A stretch of 62,216 nucleotides of DNA, counting the filler, from Collodictyon triciliatum (Eukaryota), in NCBI GenBank assembly GCA_043381765.1. It is 7 parts of 7 records of this genome, joined end to end, with 100 filler letters (N's around TTAATTAATTAA, not from the genome) between each part and the next. Parts side by side here need not be neighbours in the genome. Positions count along the whole stretch, not along the records: positions 9,330 to 19,376 come from JBHJMP010002812.1; positions 19,477 to 29,509 come from JBHJMP010002813.1; 5 more parts are not named here. The stretch is one strand, 5' to 3'. The translations under genes and the position numbers were made by a program. The notes below the pieces were generated by a model. The model saw only the letters and a program-made list of their open reading frames with translations, was not told where the DNA came from and did not search any database. Shown here in pieces: positions 13,367 to 24,824 of this stretch. The stretch's first letter is position 1, and every line of letters starts with the position of its first letter.

Positions 13367-15555
13367 TCAGAGTGGCAGGCTCAGTGGGTCGCACTTGACA
13401 AAGTACTCGGCTGCATGGAACTCTGCAAGTCCAAGGCGGTCCAGACTCTGCGCCGAGGCCAAGTTCCGGTCTCTCGCGCGCTGCCAAAACTCCCTGGTAC
13501 AAAGTCGTGTGTTTAGAGATAACAGCGTTTGGGACACCTCAAGGCAGGATGGCCTCTGTGCGGTATTGATGAAGCAAACCGCGGATCGCTTCCTGGGAAT
13601 GCAGCTCGATCCTTCTGGGTTTCGTGGCGGTAGATGGCATCAATCTTTCGTTGCAGGTCGTCCTGCGTTGTGGGGGACTTTGTTTACTGGATGTACAGCT
13701 TGATTTCACCCTATTGCATTTCCTATCTCGCTCGTCAGGTAGCAGAGATTTGGAATACGTGAACCTGTGAGAGAGGGACAAAGACGTCGGCCTCATGGAC
13801 ATGATATTCCATCCAGGCTCCACGATATAGCCACACTGTGGGGTTATGTGCGATGCGACCCAAATGAGGCGTGCCCTTACATACATACGGATGGGTGAAT
13901 GTGCAAATCCTTCCATAGATATGCATGTTTCGCGTTTGCATGTATATATTTATGTTTATGTACACAAAAAGCTGCCTACCATCTCCCATTGAGAACCTGC
14001 AGGGAAATCGTCCGTGGTTCGCTGTCTCTTTGTAGCGGGTATATCTGTATCTTGCACGTTGTTTGTCCTCACGTGTCTTGCCAATGCTTCCCGAATGGCA
14101 TAGTAGCACATCCTCTGTGGCGCCAGAGAAAGAGGCATAGGGGCGAGGGTGAGAGGAAATGAAAACTGCCTGCTCTGTTGCAAAGCAGTTAAGAATATGC
14201 ATATACATACGTGTGTTCCGTGCGGGTCTGAAAGGTCACCGGCCATGAAAACATGGCTCGGCTGCACTTGTTGCAAAAGCCCGAATATGATGGCGATATC
14301 GCCCTCTCCAATCGGATTCTTGCGTGCAGTCCCCGTCTCTGCGGTATGTAGAATAGGGACATATTGGCAAGGTGTAAGGTATGGATGACAGCTCGGATGT
14401 CTCTGTGTTTTAGAAGAGATGATATCGACAGGGGTGGAAAGGCTCGCGAGTGGGGGCTGAGTTGTGGTATCTTTGGGTGGCCAAGTGAGAAGTTTTGAGA
14501 TGGGTATAGTCTCGTACGATAGAACGGCAAATCCAAGAACTTGACGGCGTCGTGTTTGAGGCCTATCACTTCGACTGCAGCCATGGCTTCGGTGTAGCGA
14601 ATGTTTGCCTTGATTACCATGTCACTCTCATTAAAATGCCCTGGGAATTGCCTTTTCCTTCAAACAAAACAAAAACAAAAAAAAATCCAACAGAAGCCAA
14701 GACTAATAGAGGAAAGCAGAGGCACCATCCGTGAATACACCTGGCTTTCAAATGGTCGGCGCCATGAATTATCAACACCACACCGAAACCCCCTTCCTTC
14801 ACTTGAATCGAATAAAGGAAGGGAAAAAAATAACTGTCAACCTTAAGCTTTTGAATAACCAAAGGGTCGGGGTCTCCAGGCTTTTTCTTCGAGAGGATGT
14901 CCAGGATTTCGTCGCCCTTCTCCTGTAAATCTTGGATTCCTTGGGATTCAAGGAGGTGGCTTTGAGACAATTTTGTAAATCGCAAGTGACGAATGAGGTC
15001 CTACAAAGCAAATGATACTGTTGGTCGTTTATTTCATCATCACTCGTACTGAAAGTTGTAGTAGAGAAATCAATTAGGTTTCAGGGATTTTCAAAAGCAA
15101 GCAGTACGAGTGAAGAAAAACAATCATCCTAATTAAAAGATAGCAAAGTGAAAGAAGACAGTTAAAATATAATTCCTTTTTGACAAACCCTGTCCAAGAC
15201 AGAAACAGAGCCATTTGTGCAATATGCAGTGATGCATTCATTCCCGGATTTGATTATCTTGTGCATTAGTCCTCCCATACATATGACATCAGCATCGGGA
15301 TGGGGACTGAAAATCAAGACCTCAAATGTGCGAAATAAAATCGATGAGTTTCGTGAAATAAAATGAAAAATGAAAAATGAAAAATGAAAAATGAAAAATG
15401 AAAAATGAAAAATGAAAAATGAAAAATGAAAAATGAAAAATGAAAAATGAAAAATGAAAAATAGAAAAGAAAAGAAAATAAAAAAGAAAAAGAAAAGAAA
15501 AGAAAGAAAAGAAAAAGAAAAAGAAAAAAAAAAAAAAAAAGAAAAGAAAAAGAAA

Positions 15556-15586
<31 letters not shown>

Positions 15587-18500
15587 GAAAAAAAAAAGAA
15601 AAAGAAAAAGAAAAAGAAAAAGAAAAAGAAAAAAGAAAAAGAAAAAAGAAAAAAGAAAAGAAAAAGAAAAAGAAAAAGAAAAAGAAAAAGAAAAATGAAA
15701 AAAGAAAAAGAAAAAGATAGCATATCATCGCCTCGTTGAAAAAGGAAATTTGTTTACCTTTTCTCCTTTGAATATCTGCTTCTGTGTCAATATGCGACAT
15801 GATAAATCCTGGTATACGAGTTCACACAGTTTGTCAAAGGCTTGATAAGCATAGGTCTAGTGAAATTATAAGGGAGCCATATCATACATTTGAATGAAAG
15901 AAAGAAAGAAGAAAAAAAGAAGGCATCATATATGTTGATATCAATATATGCTCTATTAAGAAAATTGTTTTAAAATTGTCAATAATGAATTGTTTCTGAA
16001 ATATCATACGAGAGAATGCAAGTGATTCTTTTGAAAATCTCCTAAAGTGAGAGATAAAATCGGCTTTCTCAAGGTCTCGGCCAACCAAAGCACTGCTCTT
16101 TTTGCAGTCACAAAATCCCATACCAATTCCTTGACAAGCCATGGTGTGGTCACACGAGTTAACTACGAACATTTTTTTAAAATTTTTTTTAATAATAACA
16201 TGATAAGAGGTCAGTAAAGCATATGGTATGACATAAATATGAAATATTGTGATAAAATCGCTCCATAAAAGACATCTCAAATATAATCATTAGAAACCGA
16301 TGGATAGTATTTGAATTATATTGATACTAAAGCAACCTCAGCCGCGGCAGCTTTGTCAGCATATATCACAGTATTATTGTGTCCTTGGAGGAATGAAGCA
16401 GTGACTGAAGTTGAAGGAGGATTTTCTACCGCACATTTAATCATCTTTGCTTTATGCTCACCAGTAGCAAGAAGAATAATCTATTTCCAACATTGATGTA
16501 TTATTGTTTGTCGATGAATGATAATAAATGTTCCCATATCTAGGAAGCCAAAGATTCTCGAGTACATTTTTAATTACCAATAAAGGGAAAAAAACAGAAA
16601 ATAGTGAGACATTATCTATGATTCCTAAAAAAAAATAATTAATTAGTGTTTGAATGGTTTGTGGGAATAAACATTTGTAATTACCTCACGAGCATCCAAA
16701 ATAGTTGCAATTCCCATCGTGATGGCTTGGTGTGGGACCTATCATTTTTAAACACATGAACACTCCGTGGATAAGGTGGACACACTTGACATTAATCTGT
16801 TACAAGCAAAGGGACACATAGTGATTATTATTTTGAAAAAAAAAACATTTTCTTCTCCAAAAAAGTCATCAGCAGCAGCTTTGCGGGTAATTTCATCTAA
16901 AACAACTTTTCTAGTTCGTGTGTTTTCACTACTTCCTGAAACAAAAATTTGGTAAGATATCGGTCAAAAATTGAAGGTTTCAAAATGGTTACAATAAGTG
17001 AAGGATATTGAGAAAAAAACCTGGTTCATTGAATCCTATATGTCCGCTTCGTCCTATGCCAAGAATAAGCATATCCAATCCCCCAGCCTTTTGATAAAAT
17101 TTATTGGATGGGTTGGTAGAGATGGAATATAGGTGAATCAAATAAAATAGCGAATCATGTTGAAAATATACATATATTATAAAGAATCTTAACTTTTTTA
17201 ATCATGTCTTCATATCCCAAGCACTGTGTATCAATTTCATCCTCTGATTGAGGCATCGCAAGCGGAATATGTGTGTTTTCCAGATTTATATTCACATGCT
17301 ATCACCCAGTAATTAAATATTTAACACTTCAGAAAATGCTGTCTTGGGTTACAAGCATGCAACATTTTATGAGAAAATTTCATAAAGGCTTCTCACTAAA
17401 AAGAATTTCTCTCGCATGAACGTGTGGTAACTGTGGATAGAATCAGGACTCATGGGATAGTACTCATCCAAATTAAAAGTCTAAAATTCAAACATAATCA
17501 TTTTATGAATGAATGGGATCTAATATTATGAAAGTCACGCAGTCTACGATAATCTGAGAAGAATCTGATGAATCTGATGAATTGTGTTTTAAGCTTTGAG
17601 AATGTATAACTACCTTCACAAGGCTAAAGTCAAGACCTTCTTCTTGGTGCATTCGAATCTGTAGTGTACAATTTTGATTACAATAATCTAATACAACTGG
17701 ATGAAAATCAAAAGTATCACTGGGGATAGCAGAATTATGCCAAGATATAATCTGAAATGAAGATTGTTTCAAATCAAATAAAAGAGAGGGAAATACTTAT
17801 ATAAAGTGATGATTATTCTTAGTAATAAGCGTGAGCATTCATTAAATGCGCACAAATATAATGCAATCTGTCTTTGTCGCACCTTTCAGCAACCCTTTGT
17901 CGATCAGTTATGGAAAATGGAGAGATATGCCATGTTTTATTTTTGGATGTTTTTTTTCTTAAAAAAGACAAACTAATTCCCGATAGACACCGATAGGCGT
18001 AGTCCCTGTGGGCAGTCCTAGCACAGTATATTCACCAACGGTTGATTTCTTTCGAATCTATTCCCGAAATAGTTGTGCAGCTCAGAGAAGCACATATTGT
18101 ACGTCGCAATATATTTGCTCTGCTATTTTAGGCATCAACCTCTAGCCATAAATTTTCATATCAATCGGACCTTTTTATCTTCAATACCACTGAATTTCTC
18201 ACTAATTTTGCCTTCTAGCCTTCAAACTTTCTATTTAACTTTGATATATACCTTCGGGTTGGGCGTTTTATCATTATCATTATCATTATCAGTATCAGAA
18301 TCATTATCATTATTAATTGTAGTCTATGATTTTCCTAATGTTTATTTATACTTTATGTTTTGTAAAATGTTGTTATACGCTATTTTTCATTTGTTTTCCT
18401 TTATGTTTTCCTTCTCATTTCTGCTGTCCTAGCCCCATTTGTTCTTGTGGAAGGGATAGTTTTAAGTAACTTGAGACAGAGACCAACAACGTACCAGAGC

Positions 18501-18605
18501 TGCCACCTTCTTCGCCGCTTCGGTCGCAACGACACCAGAGTCGTCGAGTATCGACACCGGTATTCTCTCGAACCGTGATTCTCCAAAACCAACTCCGAGA
18601 GACAT
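13367..18605 (-). CDS. nagB: Long-form glucosamine-6-phosphate deaminase fused to a PIG-L/LmbE-like deacetylase domain, multi-exon
   Basis: Spliced exons give MSLGVGFGESRFERIP, VLGLPTGTTPIGVY, TFNLDEYYPM, LGIGRSGHIGFNEPG, AITMGIATI, LTRVTTPWLV, VLIFSPHPDADVICMGG, FMAGDLSDPHGTH, VWLYRGAW and HETQKDRAAFPGSDPREFWQRA. Stop is TGA at 13367-13369. Confidence 0.9.
15361..15716. repeat. (GAAAAAT)n / (GAAAAA)n purine tract in a nagB intron
   Basis: Seen directly. Confidence 0.9.
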
Positions 18606-19027
18606 CTAGCCGGTTCTTGTACTGCGGGGGCTGTTGAAGAGCGCACAAACAGCTGGTAGAACCTGCTGCTGGGAGGAAACAAGAGAGTAGGAATTATAGG
18701 GAAAAGGACAGAAAAAAAAGAGGAGAAAAACGGAAAAGAAAAGAAAGGATAAGAGTGACGAAAAAGGAAGAGGGAATAAAAAGAAAAAGCAAAAAGTAAA
18801 GGAGAATAGAAGTGTGGAGAAAGTAAACAGAGTAGCCCAGAGCTTCCTCTTCATATTTATTCCTCTCCTCCTGCACAAGCCAAGAGAAGCGCAGATGATA
18901 ACAGATGAATAAGAAAAAATAAAAGTGAATTTAACGTGAATCGAACAGCCACCAATAAAAAAAACTGAATACAGCCACTATGAATCGAATAGAGGAAAAA
19001 CTGACTGCAGTCAAAAAGGTTACTACA

Positions 19028-19108
19028 TATTAGAACCTGGAATCGAACAAAGACATTTCAATTTTTGGGGTATGAAATTTTGACGTTCTTCCATTGAGCT
19101 ACTCTAGC
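19028..19108 (-). tRNA. Degenerate tRNA-like element (probable pseudo-tRNA; anticodon ambiguous)
   Basis: Minus strand reads GCTAGAG-TA-GCTC-AATGGAA-GAAC-G-TCAAA...TTGA-AATGT-CTTTG-TTCGATT-CCAGG-TTCTAAT. A-box TAGCTCAATGG and B-box GTTCGATTCC are present. Every stem has mismatches and the anticodon loop is enlarged. Confidence 0.45.
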
Positions 19109-19125
19109 TTTCTTGCTCTGCAGTG

Positions 19126-19376
19126 TAATCTATACCAATATAATCTATACCAATATAATCTATACCAATATAATCTATAACAATATAATCTATACCAATA
19201 TAATCTATACCAATATAATCTATACCAATATAATCTATACCAATATAATCTATACCAATATAATCTATACCAATATAATCTATACCAATATAATCTATAC
19301 CAATATAATCTATACCAATATAATCTATACCAATATAATCTATACCAATATAATCTATACCAATATAATCTATACC
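19126..19376. repeat. 15-bp tandem repeat (TAATCTATACCAATA)n at a contig end
   Basis: About 17 near-perfect copies running into the N spacer. Confidence 0.95.
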
Positions 19377-19488
19377 NNNNNNNNNNNNNNNNNNNNNNNN
19401 NNNNNNNNNNNNNNNNNNNNTTAATTAATTAANNNNNNNNNNNNNNNNNNNNNNNNNNNNNNNNNNNNNNNNNNNNATATGTTCTTAC

Positions 19489-19913
19489 CGCGGCTGTTAT
19501 ATATCCTTTGGCTTCGGACAATGAGATAAGTTCTTCGCATTCTTGTGGTGTGAACAGATTGTATATATAGAAGCAGAGCTTGTGCTGCATGAGCAAAACA
19601 AAATATCAGAAATTAGAGGCAATAAGCATTCGTTACTATGTGGACAGCATAGTGAGTCATCCGTGTACATTTGCTCGGGGACAAAACATATGACATTTTA
19701 CACAAAGTAGAAATAAGAGTCACATCCCACCTGATCGTTCGGGTTGGGGAGCTTAATGAGATTATACTGCGGTTGAGCTACTACATCATTTGTTTGAATT
19801 TCATTACATTTTCAAGTATATGCACAATATGAACTCAATGTCATGCGCGACCAGTGTTGGATAAATATAATTATAAGTGTATTGAACTGGGATAGCAAAC
19901 CTGAGCTCGTCAT
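19489..19913 (-). CDS. N-terminal exons of a prolyl-4-hydroxylase-like 2OG-Fe(II) oxygenase (truncated by contig end)
   Basis: Three exons give MTSSVAQPQYNLIKLPNPNDQ-HKLCFYIYNLFTPQECEELISLSEAKGYITAA. The N(L/V)(F/L)(T/S)xxECxxLI motif is typical of this family's N-terminus. Catalytic residues are not in the window. Confidence 0.6.
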
Positions 19914-20625
19914 TTTCTTCCGCTGCAATGTGCTTGATCTTTGGTGAGGCCTCGACGTCTAAAGGTTCATTCTTTAGGAGGGATCATTTCTTAACGAGTG
20001 ATTTATCTTCTTTCTAGTCCTTTTTTTTCTTTACTTTCCAGAGTTTTGTGAATTTGTATTCATGTTTGTTGTTGTTTTTTCTTTTTTGTCTGATTTCTTC
20101 TTCGCTTTATTAGTTGTGAATGCCTGTGTTAATATATAAATGTTGTGCGCTTCGTCTGCGTTGGTTTCCGCGGATTCATTCGCGGAAATGGTGTTGTGTT
20201 ATCTCGGAAAATACTGCATTTTATACATATGTGGAATATATAGCAGTAAACTTTGTGCCGCCACAATACTGGCGGTGTGGAAGTAAACACCAATACAAAA
20301 ACAGACACCCGTGATATTCACACCATAAAGTAGAGAGAAAAGTAACATTACAAAGCCAGTTATACGTGCATGAGCGAGGGATGCTTTGTTATTGATAAGT
20401 ATGGGTTGCTACATCTGCGTATTGGTTCAGTTTTTCGATGCACCTGTGCTGATTCAATTTGTAGTTCTATTTATTTTATTTTTTTTAAAAAAAAATAAAA
20501 ATAAAATAAAACTTTATGAGTGTGAATCGACAGTCCTCAAAAAAAAAAATCCAGTTGAAACAATCAAACACAATGTATTTCGTGTATAAAATAACCATAG
20601 TGGGGTAGTTAGATATACAATACCA

Positions 20626-22276
20626 TCATTTTTTTGTCAGATTGTTGGAGATATCTGCAGCCAGAGATTTCGAAGCCCAAAAGTTCTCTGTTTGCCAAAA
20701 CATTTTGTATTGGATAGATTTCCATGCTTTAACCATCCCCGAATTTGTGTATTCCAAAACTACACTATCTTGGGATTGCGTACATGGTGTACGTCTGATA
20801 TAGACTATTCAAAATGGCTATACATTCGTACATAACCACACCATTTGTAACTTGTGGGTGCTGTAGTTTTGGGTACTTTCCTTTGTAAGTCATCCACACT
20901 AAGCAAACAAGCCTTGAAGAAATCGCAATGACAAGTTGAACACAAAAGACTTTTAAAAATAAAGCAGGGTCGGCAATTTCTCTAGATGCGTTCAAGACAG
21001 ATATGGAGCGAGTTCCGTAGATGTAAAATGTGCTGCAAAATATGTTGAACATATTAATCCTAAAATTCATGGACATGAACATCATCCGGTAATTTCGATT
21101 TTTCAAAGGAACGCCTTCTCCTGATATTCTGTTATTTACAGACTCATATTCTCTGTCTATTGAACTAAATGATGTGATCGGCACAACACTTTTAGTTGTA
21201 AACCGAGGCATCAATTTTGATAGACAATTGTATCTTACCGACAAAATTACAAGCAAACTTGAATGTCAGGAACCTTTGAGTATACGTTAATTCACTGGTA
21301 ATTTCGACCATAGCTGTGCCTAAACTGAAGGCAATGAGGCCATATATTCCTTCTGTAGACATCGTAGACAGTAGTCTGCCACTAAATTGTAATATCAAAT
21401 TATAGGGATACAGTATAAGTAAACGCTGATAAGTTCCTATTACTGATCCGGATACCATAAGTAGTTTTGATACGACTCTTGTAGAAATATCAAAAGCTCG
21501 AATACAAACACTCTGATAATAAACTGGATAAAATAGTTATATATTTTGAATATTTCAAACAATTGGATGGCCCCTATGTAAAAAAATATGAATGATAAAG
21601 TTATTTTGATAGCATTCAAAATGGTTCCGTCTTTTATCAAGTGATAACCCAGCTTCTCAAAAGATGTCATGCTGCTGAAAGGGTTGGAATTTTTTTTCAT
21701 AAAGTGACCAATTGTTATCAATGTGAAAAAGAACCACAATTTCCCAAAAATATCGTCATACTATAGATCCAAGAATAAATTAATTGTCCCAAAAACTGCG
21801 CTGACAAAGAAGCAGAAAGCCCCCACCGTATGCATCACTGGATTTGTGAAAGTAGAACCGAACGAAACACGACAGCCGAGCCATAGACACATATTTGACA
21901 AATTGGTGCTCAATATTTGGCTTAATGTAATGTAATATGACATTTTTGAACCATGAGACACAAGAGTCTCCGATATCCAAAGAGGCACAAAAGTGATAGT
22001 GAGAAAAACTATTGGAGGAAAGCTCATTTTCAAAACATATGCGATGTCGTAAGCCATCAGTTGCTTTGCATGCTTGAGAGCCTCTCCAAACGTTACCCCA
22101 TCGGGCTCAATAAGATCTGTATCACTCAGAACCCAGTCGTACATGTTTGCATCTCCCCCACAGCTGTTCTCCACTGCGATGGTGCTTTGCTTAACTCGGA
22201 GGGTCTTCCCAAGTTCCGACTTGTCCCTCGCTCTTGTGTGGTCTCTTGCGTCTGTATTGGGCTTTTCTTCCTCCAT
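20626..22276 (-). pseudogene. Intronless multi-pass membrane protein gene, disrupted
   Basis: Consecutive hydrophobic ORFs (22276-21761, 21739-21440, 21458-21192, 21256-20765, plus a tail to 20626) join into one protein if TAG at 21761-21763 is read through and three frameshifts are allowed. Confidence 0.55.
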
Positions 22277-22720
22277 AAGCCGCGGCTAGTCTCTGACCTT
22301 GTTGCAGGAGCAGGCGGCAGAGTCACCAAACAAGTCACTGGGCACACATCAGAGAATTTGTTACGTTCGTCGAAAAGTAAAGTTGCAATGAGTAATATTT
22401 CGATGTGTGTGTTGCGCAATCATTCTCCATCACATGCAGTGAATGACGTGACGTGGTGGTGTGGCTACCACGAAAAGATTTGTGCCTCTTGGCGTATTTC
22501 TGGGCGCAGAACCACATCGACTTTCATGGCGAATTGACATCAAACACCTATTATTATATCTGGAATATATATAATTCTGATCTACACGCATATTTTACAA
22601 TCCGAGACTCTTAATAAGTCGCAAGATATTGCATATAAACACAATATGTGTACCTGACGAACTCAGTGTCCACCGGACGCAGGTTTGGGTTAATCTGTGG
22701 TGTCTTGTGCTTCAACCATC

Positions 22721-23902
22721 ATGTCAAGTTGCCTGTCAAGCGACTCCGCACCCAATACACGGAACCTTGCCAACCGCCTCAAAGACAAACTCAGAGATCT
22801 GCTGGGATGGAAGCATTTCCACACAAGTGGGCGATCCTTTCTTCGCTCTTGCTCGCGTCTTTGGTGGTCTTTGGAGAAGCACGGGGAGACCAGAAGAAAA
22901 CAGAACAGGCGATTGCTGGCCTTGAGAACGTAGGCGATCAAACGCCGCGATATGGAAAAATGGATCAGAACTACGGAGAAGGTTTTTCTGTGCAATAACA
23001 CCCACCATACAGCTATGTATCTCTATATCGAAGACATTAAATAAAAGAGATTTTTTTTAATTAGAGCCCAACACAGATAAAACCGACCACTTTAGCTTAT
23101 CTCCCAAACAATCACAGAAGTCAATCGTATCATGGCCGAATTCGCACGAAGGAGTCGTGAAAACCCTGATTTCTTCAACCGCCAAGAGATCATAAACAAG
23201 GCACTTGGAACTAATCAGCTTGATGAGGATATGGACGGCCTAGAAGTTAACGAGGATGATATGTAAGTAAGGACTGTACCGCATTCCTTTAAAGTGCAAA
23301 ACTCGTATTTTTTTATTTTTTATTTTTGGATTAAGCACTAAGTCATTTCCAATAAAGAATTCACCTTCCTCATTTGCGTGCGATTTATGATATGTACAAG
23401 GCTGGAAGCATCAACAAATACCATCCGCTTTATGTAATTCGATCTACTGCTATATTTTCTGCAACATCCACGATTTAGATTGATATATTTTCCACTGCAC
23501 ATCATTTTTTTTTTGTTTATTTTTACAAAAAAAAAAAAAAAAAAAAAAAACGGCTTACTCAATATGAATACTTTATGTGTTCATGCGAAACAATCAGCAC
23601 CAACTTTTGCCATGTAAGTAATATTATATTGCCGCTTTGTATTATGATAATGTCTTCATGCAATCAACAATAAATATTGATACATCCAATATCAAATGCT
23701 GGCATTTCAAATTTTAGTTCTCCGAAAGAGACATGAAGAGAAGCTCACAAGGAGCGCAGATAACCACATCGAGAAAACAGTCATGAATCCACTCGATATG
23801 GTGCGTGAGAATATCTACCCTGATTCAGTCCCTAAGCAACTAGATATTCACAAACTCATCGAGGAAATGAATAAGGAACAGTCGAAGAAGAATGTGGAAT
23901 AG
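22721..23902 (+). CDS. Hypothetical helical protein, 3-4 exons, first exon uncertain
   Basis: Clear exons at about 23096-23262 (LISQTITEVNRIMAEFARR...) and 23718-23902 (LRKRHEEKLTRSADNHIEK...NVE*) splice in frame to ...MEKWIRTTEK. Confidence 0.5.
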
Positions 23903-24824
23903 TAAGGTACTCTTGAGTTTTAATAGTAATTTTACCTCATCTATTAATTATTATGTATTTGAAGAAATGCACATCCCTGGTTTTACATTTAAAACCCTAA
24001 CCCTAACAAACGATAGATATCAAGACATGTTGTCGCATTAGTCTTTTTGGTGCCTAGCAGACAACCTTAGTTGATAATTACTTAAAAAAATGCGCTGTCA
24101 ATTCTCTGAAATAAATTCTTTATTCGATTTAAACTCTTTCATAATTTTTTAACACTCAACGTCAACACACATATTCCCAGTATATTTTTTAAATATTGAA
24201 TGAAAATATTTTCAATAACTACATACCGAAAAAAAAAGGACTAAAAGCAAGTTAGGATACAGTAATAGAATAATATATATAAATCGACTTTTTAAACCAA
24301 TACGAGGCAATGATTAAACAAAACATGTATCGCTTCATGTTTTCTTCCTGTCTGCATGTCAGAAAAGGCAACTATTTAGGCCTTCTTATAGGTACGAGAG
24401 GGCCTTAGAGGCAGGCTTCATCACATGTCGTGTGAGCGCAAAGTATGTCCGCAAAACACTTAAGGATGAATTTCAAATCATTTAACTAGACAGAACTACA
24501 CTTTGAATCTCATAGAGGTGAATTTTTTTTTTTTACAAAACTACAGGGGTGACTTTACTCCGCCAAAAAGAAAAGCACCAAAGGTTTAGCATTGTCACGT
24601 TTTAGGAAGCCATAATTCTTAATAACAGTAAATACAACACGGAAAACAAATATATATATATATGTAAATGAGAGATATTGACTAAATATGTGGAACGAAA
24701 TATTTCGGACGAGATGTTTATTGGAGATAAAAGGTGGGCAGGAGCGTGGTGCTAGAAGGAGGCGTTGTGCTGTGACTTCATCACCAGGCTATATGATTCG
24801 AAATCACGCACAAGATTAAAGGGT

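Noticed and set aside
19126-19376. CRISPR-like array
   Set aside because: Head-to-tail repeats without spacers, in a eukaryotic context with no cas genes.
19113-19424. Repetitive ORFs such as (IIYTN)n, and poly-F/K/L/I/Q ORFs elsewhere in the ORF track
   Set aside because: They are translations of intronic or terminal simple repeats.
23991-24008. AAAACCCTAACCCTAAC telomere-like motif
   Set aside because: Only two units and internal to a contig; could be chance or a telo-box.
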